Shown one piece after another: positions 47,595 through 57,691 of a DNA stretch of 64,000 bases. Both the position numbers and the translations under genes were made by a program. This stretch comes from Candidatus Pampinifervens sinense (GTDB lineage: Bacteria; Aquificota; Aquificia; Aquificales; Aquificaceae). Where the stretch lies: assembly GCA_037927135.1 (NCBI GenBank), contig JAXSPP010000001.1:268938-332937 (forward strand), read 5' to 3'. Within the stretch, counting starts at the first letter, position 1; the number at the start of each line of letters is the position of its first letter. Below the pieces are notes generated by a model. That model was given only the letters and a program-made list of their open reading frames with translations, ran no database searches and had not been told where the DNA came from.

Positions 47595-48426
47595 AAGGGA
47601 GATCTCCTTAAAGAGCGGTCAGGCAGTCTTGCGGGCCTTGCAAGAACTGGGACATGAGGCCATAGCCTTGGACTTAGAAGAGGACCTTTGTGAAAAGTTA
47701 AAGGCCATAAGGCCGGACAAGGTCTTTATAGCCCTTCATGGCACCTACGGAGAAGACGGCAGGGTGCAAGGCCTTTTGGACCTTTTGGGCATTCCCTATG
47801 TGGGTTCTGGTGTGCTGGGAAGCGCCTTGGCCATGGACAAGGATATAACAAAGAAGGTCCTTTCCTTTCATGGCATTAAGGTGCCAAAATGGATATGCCT
47901 TAGGTCTCCGGAGGAAGGCTTTGAATGGAACACCTATCCTGCCGTTGTAAAGCCTGCAGACCAAGGATCAAGCGTGGGGCTTTTTGTGGTAAAGGATCAA
48001 AAGGAGCTAAAGGAAGCCATAGGTGAGTGCTTTAAACTGTCAAAAAAGGTGATGGTGGAAGAGTTCATTGAAGGTAGGGATTTTACCGTGGGCATCTTAA
48101 AGGGCCAAGCTTTGCCACCCATTGAGATAAGGCCTAAAAAAGGTATATATGACTACGAGAGCAAATATACAAAAGGCATGACGGAGTATATCTTCTCCGA
48201 GGAGGAGGAGCTAAACAGGGAGCTACAAGATATAGCCCTAAAAGCCCACCTTTACCTTGAGCTCAAGGACTTTTCAAGGGTGGATTTTAGGGTCTCAAGG
48301 GAAGGCACACCATACCTTTTGGAGGTAAACACCATTCCTGGCATGACAGAGCTTAGCCTCTTTCCTATGGCATGCCAAAGGGCGGGGATAGACTTTAAGA
48401 GGATGGTGGAAATGCTTCTATCTTAA
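47557..48426 (+). CDS. ddl: D-alanine--D-alanine ligase
   Basis: GGRSSEREISLKSG, LHGTYGEDG, GSSVG, LEVNTIPGMT. Confidence 0.96.
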   Translation: MKVVVLMGGRSSEREISLKSGQAVLRALQELGHEAIALDLEEDLCEKLKAIRPDKVFIALHGTYGEDGRVQGLLDLLGIPYVGSGVLGSALAMDKDITKKVLSFHGIKVPKWICLRSPEEGFEWNTYPAVVKPADQGSSVGLFVVKDQKELKEAIGECFKLSKKVMVEEFIEGRDFTVGILKGQALPPIEIRPKKGIYDYESKYTKGMTEYIFSEEEELNRELQDIALKAHLYLELKDFSRVDFRVSREGTPYLLEVNTIPGMTELSLFPMACQRAGIDFKRMVEMLLS

Positions 48427-48438
48427 AGAAAAAGTGCT

Positions 48439-51400
48439 ATGCGATTGATAGGTTATCTAATACTTTTAGTGCTTGCTTTGTATTTTATCTTCCTAAAGCC
48501 CTATCTTTTGGCAAAAAGGATTCAATGGGAGGTAGAAGGCCTAAGCTTTAGCTTTGAAAGGGGTCTTACCTTCAAAAGCCTTCTTTTCTATTTCCCTTCT
48601 GGGGACATCACATTGCATCTTTTTATAAAAGAGGCAAGCTTTAGACCCTGGCAGTTTTACATAGGGGAGTTTAGCCTAATAGAAGTTTCAAAAACAGTTC
48701 CCGAAAAGCCCTTCGATTACGATTTTACAAACCTTATCAGGCTTGCAAAAAGGATAAATTTAAGGGTAGACAATCTTTATATTTCCACCAACTCCATACC
48801 TTACAGCGAGAGCTTGACCCTTTTTATACCAAGGACGGAGATAAGGTCGGGTAATGTCTTTTCTCAAGGTTGGACAAAGGCCTATTGGATGCACTCTCAA
48901 GACATTCATAGCCTTGAGGTGTATTTGGAAAAGGCCCATGTGGAAGGAGACAAGTTTATAGTTGATAGGGCAAAGGTTAAAAGCCATCTTTATTCCTTTG
49001 ACCTTAAGGGCTTTTGGGAAGGGAAAAGAGGAGGCTTTAAGGCTTGGGGAAGGATAGATCCTGTAGAAGGAGAAAGCTACTCTGTGGGTGGTATAAAGCT
49101 TGACTTAGAAGGTCAAGTGGAATACACAAGGTTGAAGGTGGCCTTTTCTGGAAGGGTGGAAGGGCTTTTGGTAAAAAACAGAAGGGAGTATAGGGACCTT
49201 GGAATAGAAGGAGAATACCTTTGGAGTTGGAGGAAGGAAAATGCCTTGAAAGGTAGGCTTTGGAAGGCAAACACATGGCTTAGCTTTGACTATTCTTTGA
49301 AGGATAAAACCTTTGAGGGAAGCTTTGGTGGCATTGAGCTTGACGGCAAGCTTTTAAACGTAAAAAGGAATATCTTCTCTGTGGTAGGCGGTAGCATAAG
49401 GGCCAATCTGGAAAAGAAACATCTAAACTTGCAAGCTTATGCACCCCTTTTGAGGGTAGACCAGCATGCACTAAACAACTGCACCTTAAAGCTTGACCTT
49501 GACTACGGCAATTCACCAAAGGGAAGCTTTGATTTTTTGGCGCTACAGCCCTTTTACCTTAGCATAGGTGGTAGCTTTTCAAAAGGTGGTGTGGTGGGAG
49601 AGGTGGCCCTATTGGACTATCCTTTGCAGGTAGAGAGCCTTTCTTCCAAGCTTTCATACAAAGGGTCCTTATACATAAAGGATGGAAGGCTTTTTACAGA
49701 AGGAGATGGAAGGCTTTTGAACTTAACCTATAGAGACATAGACCTTGGGCCAGCAAGCTACCACCTTAAGCTTGATGGGGATAGCTACAGCCTTGATTTA
49801 AAAGGGGAGGCCTTTTCCCTTTCTGGTGGTGGGTCCTTAGAAGAAAAAAGCTTTTCTGGAAGGCTTTCTTTTATGGGCATGGACCTTTCATACAAAGACC
49901 TTTCGGTCAAGTCTTTGAACGGTCATATGGATATAAGGGCTGACAAGAACTCTCTTAAACTTGTGGGAAACCTTAGCGCTTTCCTCTCAAGAGATATGCT
50001 CTCTTCCCATGTGCTTTTAAGCCTTGATGTGACAAAGAAGGGGGAGGAAGTCTTTGGAAGCTTTGAGGGAAGCCTTAAGGATGTAAGGGCCTTTGACCTT
50101 GTTTATGAGAAGGGAAGCTTTTCTGGAAAGGTGCAGAAGGAAAGGGTTTACTTTTCCTTTGACCTTGACCAAAGGCTAAGGGGCGGTGGTCAATACAGCT
50201 TAAAAGAAGGCTCTTATGGCTTGACGGGGTCTGTAAAGGATACCATCATGGGGCTTTTTGTGGATGGAGGCTATAGCATAAGGGGTATAAGGGAGGGCCT
50301 TGAGGCTTCCTTTGGGGGAGAGGGAAGATATAGAGATTTTTCCTTTCCTATAAAGGGGTCTCTTAGCCTAAGGGGGAATAGATTGAAGGTCTCTTTGGAA
50401 GGCTTTAGTACAAAAGATGGTCTTATAAGCATAAGAAGCGGTGGAGCGGAGGTCTATGGGGACAAAGATGGTGGAATTTTGGAAATAAAGCCCATAGGGC
50501 TTTTTGTAGGTCAAGACCTTCTTTCAAGGCTTGAGTTTGAAAAAGGAACGTACAGAGGAAAATCCCTTAGCATAAAGGGAAAGATAAGCGGTGCTGTGGA
50601 GGGCAATATTGGGGTAAGCTACCATAATACTCTTAGCCTTACTTCTGCTGGAACTGTGGACCTTGCAAAGCTTTTCTCCCTTGTAAAAAGCAGGATTTTG
50701 GCCGATGGTGAGGGGAGGGTTTCCTATAGCCTTTCTTATCATGGTGGAAGCTTGAGCCTTTTTGCGGAATCTAACAGGCTAATCCTTAGGTCAAGGTATG
50801 TGGCCCTGCCTTTGGAAGGAGGATTGAGGCTAAGCTTAAAGGAAGATAGGCTTTCTGGAAGTCTTAGCCTTAGGGGAAATAATAAGGCCTTTGTGCTTGC
50901 CAACTTTACAGGCGATGGAAAGCTTGCAAAGGTAGATTTTGACCTTTCTGGTTTGCCTGTCCTCCTTAGAGAACAGAGCATGAGGGCAAGCCTCCTTTTG
51001 TCTGGAAAGGGGAATCTTATCTGGGATTACAAAAGCCTTTCCATAGGTGGTAGGTTTTACACCTCTGGCTTTGTTAATCTACAAAAGCTTACAGCCAAAA
51101 GGCAAAGCCCACCAGAGTGGTACAAAAGGATAAGGCTTGATATAAGCGTGGCATCCTCCGAACCTTTGAGGATAAACCTTCCAGAAGGTTTTATATACAC
51201 AGACCTTTTGGCTACCATAAGGGGGAACCTTTATGAGCCAGAGTATAGGCTGAATGCATACTTCAAGGGTGGAAACCTCAACTACTTTGGTAGGAACTTC
51301 TATGTTAGACGTGGAGAGGCCACCTTTACCAACAAAGAAAGCCACCTTGACCTTACAGTCCTTACACCCACACCCGATTATAGCATCATCATTGATATAA

Positions 51401-51834
51401 AAGGAAATCCACAGTATCCAAAGGCTATAGTGAGGTCCGAACCACCAAGGGACATAAGGGAGGTTTTAACCACCTTAGTCTTTGGTAGAAGGGAAACGGA
51501 AGGTTTAATACCCGTGGCGGATGCCCTCATAAGCCAAGTGCCACAGCTAAGCCAAATCGTGAAAGGTGCCCAAAGCATAACTGGGCTTGATGTAAAGCTT
51601 CAAATTTCTCCAACAGTGTCCCCCACTGGTGAAGTGGGCATAAACGCCATCATCTCAAAAGACATAACGGAAAAAATATCCGTAGAACACAAACAAAGCA
51701 CACTAAAAAACCCAAAGGAGACCTACACAGGAGGAGAAGTGAAGATCACACCCAATACCTCCATAGGAGGAAGAATATACTCGGATAGGTCCCAAGAGTA
51801 TAGGGTTAGGATAAGGAAAAAGTTTGATTTTTGA
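48439..51834 (+). CDS. TamB/AsmA-like translocation and assembly module protein
   Basis: 1131 aa, N-terminal TM, long beta-rich body, DUF490-like C-terminus ending KKFDF. Confidence 0.75.
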   Translation: MRLIGYLILLVLALYFIFLKPYLLAKRIQWEVEGLSFSFERGLTFKSLLFYFPSGDITLHLFIKEASFRPWQFYIGEFSLIEVSKTVPEKPFDYDFTNLIRLAKRINLRVDNLYISTNSIPYSESLTLFIPRTEIRSGNVFSQGWTKAYWMHSQDIHSLEVYLEKAHVEGDKFIVDRAKVKSHLYSFDLKGFWEGKRGGFKAWGRIDPVEGESYSVGGIKLDLEGQVEYTRLKVAFSGRVEGLLVKNRREYRDLGIEGEYLWSWRKENALKGRLWKANTWLSFDYSLKDKTFEGSFGGIELDGKLLNVKRNIFSVVGGSIRANLEKKHLNLQAYAPLLRVDQHALNNCTLKLDLDYGNSPKGSFDFLALQPFYLSIGGSFSKGGVVGEVALLDYPLQVESLSSKLSYKGSLYIKDGRLFTEGDGRLLNLTYRDIDLGPASYHLKLDGDSYSLDLKGEAFSLSGGGSLEEKSFSGRLSFMGMDLSYKDLSVKSLNGHMDIRADKNSLKLVGNLSAFLSRDMLSSHVLLSLDVTKKGEEVFGSFEGSLKDVRAFDLVYEKGSFSGKVQKERVYFSFDLDQRLRGGGQYSLKEGSYGLTGSVKDTIMGLFVDGGYSIRGIREGLEASFGGEGRYRDFSFPIKGSLSLRGNRLKVSLEGFSTKDGLISIRSGGAEVYGDKDGGILEIKPIGLFVGQDLLSRLEFEKGTYRGKSLSIKGKISGAVEGNIGVSYHNTLSLTSAGTVDLAKLFSLVKSRILADGEGRVSYSLSYHGGSLSLFAESNRLILRSRYVALPLEGGLRLSLKEDRLSGSLSLRGNNKAFVLANFTGDGKLAKVDFDLSGLPVLLREQSMRASLLLSGKGNLIWDYKSLSIGGRFYTSGFVNLQKLTAKRQSPPEWYKRIRLDISVASSEPLRINLPEGFIYTDLLATIRGNLYEPEYRLNAYFKGGNLNYFGRNFYVRRGEATFTNKESHLDLTVLTPTPDYSIIIDIKGNPQYPKAIVRSEPPRDIREVLTTLVFGRRETEGLIPVADALISQVPQLSQIVKGAQSITGLDVKLQISPTVSPTGEVGINAIISKDITEKISVEHKQSTLKNPKETYTGGEVKITPNTSIGGRIYSDRSQEYRVRIRKKFDF

Positions 51835-52336
51835 GTCTTTTTATTCCAAGGACTGCATAGTCAAGCCAAGAGAGAATAAGAAGAATAAGGGCAAGCCACA
51901 AGGGCCATGAAGGCAGAGGCTTTATCATAGAAAGGAATACAAGTAAAGAAAGGTAAAAGGTAAAAGCCTTGCCCAAGGGCCTCGCCTCTTGTATTTCTAT
52001 ACCTCTAAGGGTGAGAAGGATTGAGCCAAGCACTAAAAAAAGGTCCCTCATGAGGGTAAGGTAGAGTAGCCAAGCTGGCAAGCTGTTTAGCTTAAAAACA
52101 CACAGAGAAAGACCGCACAGCATCATAACCTTGTCCGCCAGAGGGTCAAGCACCTTTCCAAGCTCCGTTTTGAGCCTTAGCCTTCTTGCCAAAAAGCCAT
52201 CCAAGGCATCGGAAAGGGCAAGAGAAAGGAAGAAGAAGGGAAGAAGCTTTTCTGGCAGGAAAAATAAAAATGGGCTAAAAAGTAGCCTGCTAAGGGAAAT
52301 AAGATTGGGAAGGTTATTGTATAGCTTTGACTTCAT
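51806..52336 (-). CDS. CDP-alcohol phosphatidyltransferase (PgsA-like)
   Basis: NLPNLISLSR and SDALDGFLARR..LGKVLDPLADK signature. Confidence 0.9.
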   Translation of the reverse strand: MKSKLYNNLPNLISLSRLLFSPFLFFLPEKLLPFFFLSLALSDALDGFLARRLRLKTELGKVLDPLADKVMMLCGLSLCVFKLNSLPAWLLYLTLMRDLFLVLGSILLTLRGIEIQEARPLGKAFTFYLSLLVFLSMIKPLPSWPLWLALILLILSWLDYAVLGIKRLKNQTFSLS

Positions 52337-53675
52337 ATATAACCGCCCCCCTTTCCATGTATGGCATCCTCTTTATGGGCCTTCCAAAAGGGTCTATAAA
52401 GCCCGTATCGCTTGAATTGTTAACCCATAGAAGGTATTTGCCATTTTCCAAGGCCCTTACCCTTCCCCAAAGATAATGCTGGTGTGTGCAGTCAGAATCC
52501 TTAAACCATCCGTCGTTGGTAAGAACTGCTATAAAGTTAGCACCTTTAGATAACTTTTTCACAAGGTCAAAGTAGGCCACCTCAAAGCATATGGGAGTGG
52601 CCACGCTTATACCCTTGTATTCCAATGGCCTTATTCTGTCCCCGCTTACATAATCTATACCGCCTATGGCTGGGAAAAACTCCTTTAGAAAGTCAAAAGG
52701 CTTTGGCATGTATTCACCTATTGGGAAAAGCCTAACCTTATCATAGTAGTCTACTGCCCTTCCCTCCGCCAAAAGGTATGCAGAGTTATAGGGCCTTATG
52801 CCTTCCCTTATGTCTATTAGTCCTACCAAGATGGGCACCTTTATGCTTAAGCTTTTGAGCCTTATGTTGTAATCATCCTCCTCTTCGGAAAAGAAAAAGG
52901 AAAGGGCAGACTCTGGAAGGATAACAAGCTGTGGCCTATCTTTTATAGCCTTTTCCACAAGCCCTATTATATCCTCCGAATGCCTCCTGAAGGCCTCCCT
53001 GTTTAGCTTATCTTTTTGTGGAACCGCCGTCTGCACAAGGGCCACCCTTACAGTTTTGGCCTCTTTTAGCTTGTCTTCCTTTTCTTTTATAGCCAAAAGG
53101 CCCATGATAAAAAATACTATCCAAAGGGAGAAGAGGGCCTTAAACCTCTTTTGAAGAAGGAAAAGGGAGGTAAAAAGCAGTAAAAGGCTGTGGATATAAA
53201 CGTTGGCATAAAGAAGGCTGTCTTTTATGATGGGGATATAAACAGAGAGGGAGCCAAGGATGAGCCAAGGGAAGCCACCGTATGGAAAGTAGGACCTTAA
53301 AAGCTCAAAAAGCACATAAAGAAAGGGTAAAGAAAAAGAGAATTTTTTAAAGATGGTCTGCCAGAGTTTGATGGGAAGGTAGAACTGATATAGGCTCAAA
53401 AGGAATGCAAAAAGGGTAAAAATTGTGTAAAAGAGTAAGTGGTTTACACCACCGAACTCTATGGCGGCTATGCTTGCACACCTGAGGGAGAGAAAAAAGA
53501 AAACAAAGCCACTAAGAAGCCAAAAGGTAGTATCTTTAAACCTTAGCAAAAGCAAAAAGGCTAAAAAGGCTAAGGGCCATAGCTCATACTTGGAGAAGGG
53601 AAGGTAAAGAAAGGTGCCAGCAAATATAGAAAGGGCTATCTTCCAGAGGAGAGGCTTATAAGAACTATTCCACAT
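52314..53675 (-). CDS. lnt: Apolipoprotein N-acyltransferase
   Basis: GGFPW, LPES, YDKVRLFPIGEY, ICFE, TNDGWF; start uncertain. Confidence 0.92.
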   Translation of the reverse strand: MWNSSYKPLLWKIALSIFAGTFLYLPFSKYELWPLAFLAFLLLLRFKDTTFWLLSGFVFFFLSLRCASIAAIEFGGVNHLLFYTIFTLFAFLLSLYQFYLPIKLWQTIFKKFSFSLPFLYVLFELLRSYFPYGGFPWLILGSLSVYIPIIKDSLLYANVYIHSLLLLFTSLFLLQKRFKALFSLWIVFFIMGLLAIKEKEDKLKEAKTVRVALVQTAVPQKDKLNREAFRRHSEDIIGLVEKAIKDRPQLVILPESALSFFFSEEEDDYNIRLKSLSIKVPILVGLIDIREGIRPYNSAYLLAEGRAVDYYDKVRLFPIGEYMPKPFDFLKEFFPAIGGIDYVSGDRIRPLEYKGISVATPICFEVAYFDLVKKLSKGANFIAVLTNDGWFKDSDCTHQHYLWGRVRALENGKYLLWVNNSSDTGFIDPFGRPIKRMPYMERGAVIYEVKAIQ

Positions 53676-54064
53676 ACTACAAGAAGTATACCAAAGAGCC
53701 TAAGCCAGCTAAAGGGCTCACCAAGGAACAAAAAGGCCACAAGGGAACCCCATAGAGGTGAGGTGGAGGCTATGGGAGCTACTACCGATACGTGCCCTTC
53801 CTTTACCGCTTTAAAGAAGAAAAAAAGCCCCAAAAAGCCGGACATGATACCCCCAAGGGCTATAAAAAAGAGGTCCTTAATGGAAAAGTCCATCTTTATA
53901 CCCGTAGTTGCCACCACTATTACCGAAGCTAAAAGAAAGGCCGAGAGGTTGTGGAAGACCAAGGCCACAGTTGGAGAAAGGCCTCCCTTCAAGCCAAGCT
54001 TAAAGAATATAGGTGCTATTCCCCATGTTAAACTTGCCAAGATGGCAAATATCAAGCTTTTCAT
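53636..54064 (-). CDS. Single-domain EamA/DMT family membrane protein
   Basis: Five TM helices; VSVVAPI, FLGEP. Confidence 0.82.
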   Translation of the reverse strand: MKSLIFAILASLTWGIAPIFFKLGLKGGLSPTVALVFHNLSAFLLASVIVVATTGIKMDFSIKDLFFIALGGIMSGFLGLFFFFKAVKEGHVSVVAPIASTSPLWGSLVAFLFLGEPFSWLRLFGILLVVCGIVLISLSSGR

Positions 54065-54093
54065 GATAAAAACCTTAAAAATACTATTGCATC

Positions 54094-54121
54094 TTGACTT
54101 GTCTTGATATATGATTATACT
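54094..54121 (+). promoter_or_regulatory. Sigma70-type promoter of hup (TTGACT-N16-TATACT)
   Basis: Near-consensus hexamers about 30 nt upstream of the start codon, which has an AAGGAGG RBS. Confidence 0.6.
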
Positions 54122-54151
54122 ACCTACAAAAAACTTTAAGGAGGGAACGCC

Positions 54152-54424
54152 ATGACCAAGGCAGAACTCGTTTCAGCCATAGCCAAAGGGGCAGGCCTTA
54201 CCAAAAAACAAGCAGATGCTGCCCTCAAGGCTGCAGTTCAAGCCATTTCAGAGGCCCTCAAGAAGGGTGAGAGGGTGGCCATACCTAGCTTCGGCATATT
54301 CACAGTCAGAACAAGGGCGGAAAGAAAGGGACGCAACCCAAGGACAGGTGCCGAGATCAAGATTCCCGCAAGGAAGGTGGTAGTCTTTAGGCCTGCAAAG
54401 GATCTAAGGGAGTCTGTAAAGTAA
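54152..54424 (+). CDS. hup: Histone-like DNA-binding protein HU
   Basis: MTKAELV, FGIF, RKGRNPRTG, FRPAK. Confidence 0.96.
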   Translation: MTKAELVSAIAKGAGLTKKQADAALKAAVQAISEALKKGERVAIPSFGIFTVRTRAERKGRNPRTGAEIKIPARKVVVFRPAKDLRESVK

Positions 54425-54432
54425 GCAGGCCT

Positions 54433-54462
54433 AAGGGGCGGGCTTTGCCCGCCTCTTCTTTT
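54433..54462 (+). terminator. Probable intrinsic terminator after hup
   Basis: Hairpin AGGGGCGGGC-TTT-GCCCGCCTCT followed by TCTTTT. Confidence 0.7.
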
Positions 54463-54465
54463 GGT

Positions 54466-55167
54466 ATGGAAAGGCTAATATGCACTCAGAGGGAGGGGAA
54501 CTTATTAAAGATAAGCAATTCGGAGTTTAGACATCTGAAAGCCTTAAGACTTAAAGAGGGAGAGAGACTGGAGGTCTACTGCGAAGACAAGCTTTATCTG
54601 GCTGTGATATCGCAGATAAACAAAGACCATGCTCTGTGTTCCATATTGGAAGAGATTGAAAAGCCTCTTGCTAAACCTATAGTTGTCGTGTATCAATGCT
54701 TACCTATAGAGCTAAAGCTTATGGATGAAGTGATAGAAAGGGTCAGTCAGGCGGGAGCCTTCAAGCTTGTTCCAGTTATATGTAAAAGGGGCTTTCAAGG
54801 AAGGTCAAAGGTGGAAGAAAAGTTGGAAAGGTGGAAAAGGGTAAGCCTCGCATCTTTCAAGCAGTGCAAAAGGCCAAGGCCCATGGAGATAGACAGTCCT
54901 GTTAAGCTAACTGACCTTTATCCTAAGGAAGAGGTTTCTCTTGTGCTGGACAACTTTGGAGGAAGTTTAAGCATAAAGGAGATAGACCTAAGCAAGGAAA
55001 GCTATGGGATAGTGGTAGGTCCAGAAGGAGGCTTTTCCCAAGAGGAGGTAGAACTCTTAAAGAGTAGAGGTTTTTTGACACTCTTGCTAAAGCCTTACAT
55101 CTACAGGTCCGAAATGGCTGGAGCTGTAGCTACGGCCCTTATAATGAATCTTGCTGAAAGGGGCTAA
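54466..55167 (+). CDS. rsmE: 16S rRNA m3U1498 methyltransferase
   Basis: HLKALRLKEGE, SFKQCKR, VGPEGGFS; start moved to ATG after the hairpin. Confidence 0.9.
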   Translation: MERLICTQREGNLLKISNSEFRHLKALRLKEGERLEVYCEDKLYLAVISQINKDHALCSILEEIEKPLAKPIVVVYQCLPIELKLMDEVIERVSQAGAFKLVPVICKRGFQGRSKVEEKLERWKRVSLASFKQCKRPRPMEIDSPVKLTDLYPKEEVSLVLDNFGGSLSIKEIDLSKESYGIVVGPEGGFSQEEVELLKSRGFLTLLLKPYIYRSEMAGAVATALIMNLAERG

Positions 55168-55193
55168 AGTGATTATAATAAAAATCTTGTGGA

Positions 55194-55270
55194 GGAGAGC
55201 GTAGCTCAGCTGGCAGAGCGGTGGACTGTGGATCCACAGGTCGCGGGTTCGACTCCCGTCGCTCTCCCCA
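55194..55270 (+). tRNA. tRNA-His (anticodon GTG)
   Basis: G-1 and C73, GAGAGCG/CGCTCTC acceptor, GTGGA-CTGTGGA-TCCAC arm, encoded CCA. Confidence 0.97.
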
Positions 55271-55286
55271 TGTTATAATCCTTTAG

Positions 55287-56156
55287 ATGTTGTTAGAGTG
55301 GTCCAACTTTATCCAAAAGATAAGGGAATTCTTCAGAGAAAAAGGCTACCTTGAGGTACACACACCCATACTCCTCCCCTATCCAAACATAGACCTAAAC
55401 GTAGAGCCTGTGGAGGTAAAGGTAAAGGAGTGTGGGAAAGAAAAGAGAATGTGGCTTCAGACCTCTCCAGAGCCTTCCATGAAAAAGATCCTTTCAAAGT
55501 ATAAAAAAGACATCTTCCAGATTGCCAAAGTCTTTAGGAACGATGAGTGTGGAAGACTGCATAAGGTGGAGTTTACCATGCTTGAGTGGTACAAGATAGG
55601 TGTGGATTACAGGTATTTGATAAAAGAAATAGGGGAGCTCCTTTCCTTCTTAAGCATCTCTCAGGACTACCTTATAACAAGGCTTGAGCATGCCTTTGAG
55701 GAACACGCAGGAGTTATACTTTCTGAGGATGAGGAAATATTTAAAAATAACCTTCTTGCCTATGGCTATGAGTTTGATGACAAGGAAGACTGGGAGAGCC
55801 TATTTTTTAGGATCTACATAGAGGTGGAAAGACATCTGGGAAGAGAAAAGCCAGAGTTTATAACCCATTTTCCAAAAAGGTTAAGTGCCTATGCTAAAGT
55901 TAGGGATGGCTATGCGGAGAGGTTTGAGCTTTATATAAGAGGTATAGAGATAGCCAACGGATGGACGGAAGAGGAAGACAAGGAAGAGATAAGGAGAAGG
56001 ATGGAGGAATATAAAAGAGGAAGGAACATGCCCATTGATGAAGATCTTCTTAAGGCTTACGAAGACTTTCCTCCCTGTGCTGGCTGTTCCATAGGTCTTG
56101 AGAGGCTCTTTATGGTCTACATGGGTCTTGAAAGCTTAGAGGAGTTATACTTTTAA
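55287..56156 (+). CDS. epmA: EF-P beta-lysine ligase (LysRS catalytic-domain paralogue)
   Basis: LQTSPE..MKK, VFRNDE..HKVEFTMLEWY, AERFELY, EIANG, IGLERL; no anticodon-binding domain. Confidence 0.88.
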   Translation: MLLEWSNFIQKIREFFREKGYLEVHTPILLPYPNIDLNVEPVEVKVKECGKEKRMWLQTSPEPSMKKILSKYKKDIFQIAKVFRNDECGRLHKVEFTMLEWYKIGVDYRYLIKEIGELLSFLSISQDYLITRLEHAFEEHAGVILSEDEEIFKNNLLAYGYEFDDKEDWESLFFRIYIEVERHLGREKPEFITHFPKRLSAYAKVRDGYAERFELYIRGIEIANGWTEEEDKEEIRRRMEEYKRGRNMPIDEDLLKAYEDFPPCAGCSIGLERLFMVYMGLESLEELYF

Positions 56157-56157
56157 T

Positions 56158-56364
56158 ATGGCATACAGGTGTATGATAGTGGCCCTTGAGGGCAACGACA
56201 AAGAGATAACAGAAAAGCTCAACGAGGTCATCTCCACCATTGAGGAAGAGGGTGGTCAAGTGCTTGATGTGGAAACAAGCTTTATGAGAGAGCATGGTAT
56301 AGACGGCTTTGTGGCAGTATATACCATAAAGTACAGGGCAAGCAGGGAAGTGCCAGAAGAATGA
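56158..56364 (+). CDS. Small hypothetical protein
   Basis: 68 aa; GAGGAG RBS; ATGA overlap with the next gene. Confidence 0.7.
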   Translation: MAYRCMIVALEGNDKEITEKLNEVISTIEEEGGQVLDVETSFMREHGIDGFVAVYTIKYRASREVPEE

Positions 56365-56582
56365 TCATCAAGGTAAAAGCAAAGCCAAGGTCAAAGGTGG
56401 AGTATGTAAAAAAGGTGGAAGAAGGCCTTTATGAGGTGGCTGTAAGGGAAGCGCCAGAAGATGGAAAAGCAAACAACAGAATAGCTGAACTCTTAGCCCA
56501 ACACTTTGGAGTTTCTAAGTCTAAGGTGAAGCTAATAAAGGGAACATCTAACAGGCTAAAGCTTTTTGAGATATTAGATTAG
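56361..56582 (+). CDS. DUF167/YggU family protein
   Basis: VKAKPRSK, APEDGKAN, GTSNRLK. Confidence 0.88.
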   Translation: MIIKVKAKPRSKVEYVKKVEEGLYEVAVREAPEDGKANNRIAELLAQHFGVSKSKVKLIKGTSNRLKLFEILD

Positions 56583-57200
56583 CCTCTTTATATCCTCAGG
56601 CCTTTCAAAAATATAGTCTGGCCTTTCCTCTTCAAGCCTTACATAGCCCCAATTGGCAAGCCCCCTTTTTATTCCTGCAAGCCTTCCAGCCTTCATGTCT
56701 GCCTCCGTGTCCCCCACTATAATGACCTCTTCCTTAGAGAGGCCAAGGGCCTTAAGAGTTTCCAAAACAGGCAAAGGTGAAGGCTTCTTTTCCGGATAGG
56801 TATCACCACCAACCACAAGAGAAAAGTATTCCCAAAGCCCAAGGTCTTTTAAGATAAGCTTTGATAGCTCCTCCATCTTGTTGGTTATCACAGCAAGCCT
56901 CAGGCCTTTACTTTTTGCATATTCCAAAAGGTCCACAATGCCCTCAAAGGGCTTTGTATGAATGACCGGCTCCTTGTAGTAATAGCTTCTAAAGACTTGC
57001 AGGGCATGCTCCAAAAGGCCATCGGAGAAAAACCTCTTTAGAAGCTCCCTTGCACCGCCCCCCACCATAAACCTCACCCTTTCTATATCCACCTCTGGCA
57101 TGCCAAAATCCCTAAGCGTTCTGTTAAGATGAAGGCCTATATCCCTGTAGGAGTCTATGAGAGTGCCATCAAGGTCAAAGAGTATGGCCCTTATATGCAT
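56574..57200 (-). CDS. HAD-family hydrolase (phosphoglycolate phosphatase-like)
   Basis: FDLDGTLIDS, ITNK, KKPSP, VGDTEAD. Confidence 0.9.
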   Translation of the reverse strand: MHIRAILFDLDGTLIDSYRDIGLHLNRTLRDFGMPEVDIERVRFMVGGGARELLKRFFSDGLLEHALQVFRSYYYKEPVIHTKPFEGIVDLLEYAKSKGLRLAVITNKMEELSKLILKDLGLWEYFSLVVGGDTYPEKKPSPLPVLETLKALGLSKEEVIIVGDTEADMKAGRLAGIKRGLANWGYVRLEEERPDYIFERPEDIKRLI

Positions 57201-57670
57201 TCCTTGGATCTTAAATACTCCATAAAGTTAGCTTGCTTATACTTTTCCTCCTTTACAAACCTTATGGTGCAAGCCAAGGTCCTTGGGGGCTGGTAGCCCG
57301 GTATGTGCAGTATTATGTTGCCCTTTTTATCGTAGAAAAAGATTTGAGGAAAGGAATTGACACCCAAGGCCTTGGCAAGCTCTTCCTCCGTGCTTACCTT
57401 TTCCTGTCCGTTTAGTATGTATTTCACCTTTGCGTTGCTCTCGTAGAGGATGCTGTAGACATCTATGCCTTGTAGCTCTGCGGAGAGCTCTGGCTTTTGA
57501 AGGTCCTTTCTTAATTGTTTACAGTATATACAGCTCTCACTCTCCACTATGAGCATGGCATAAGGGCTTTTGGGAATTATGTCCTTTATCTCAGAAGTTG
57601 TAGCCTTTGTTCCTTTATCACAGGAAGCTATAAATGCTATTGCAAGCAAAAATATTAGAAGCCTTTTCAT
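57191..57670 (-). CDS. Thioredoxin-fold lipoprotein (SoxW-like)
   Basis: Lipobox FIASC, CIYC active site, SFPQIFF..IPGY. Confidence 0.8.
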   Translation of the reverse strand: MKRLLIFLLAIAFIASCDKGTKATTSEIKDIIPKSPYAMLIVESESCIYCKQLRKDLQKPELSAELQGIDVYSILYESNAKVKYILNGQEKVSTEEELAKALGVNSFPQIFFYDKKGNIILHIPGYQPPRTLACTIRFVKEEKYKQANFMEYLRSKECI

Positions 57671-57691
57671 GTTTTATAATTTTAGCCCAAG

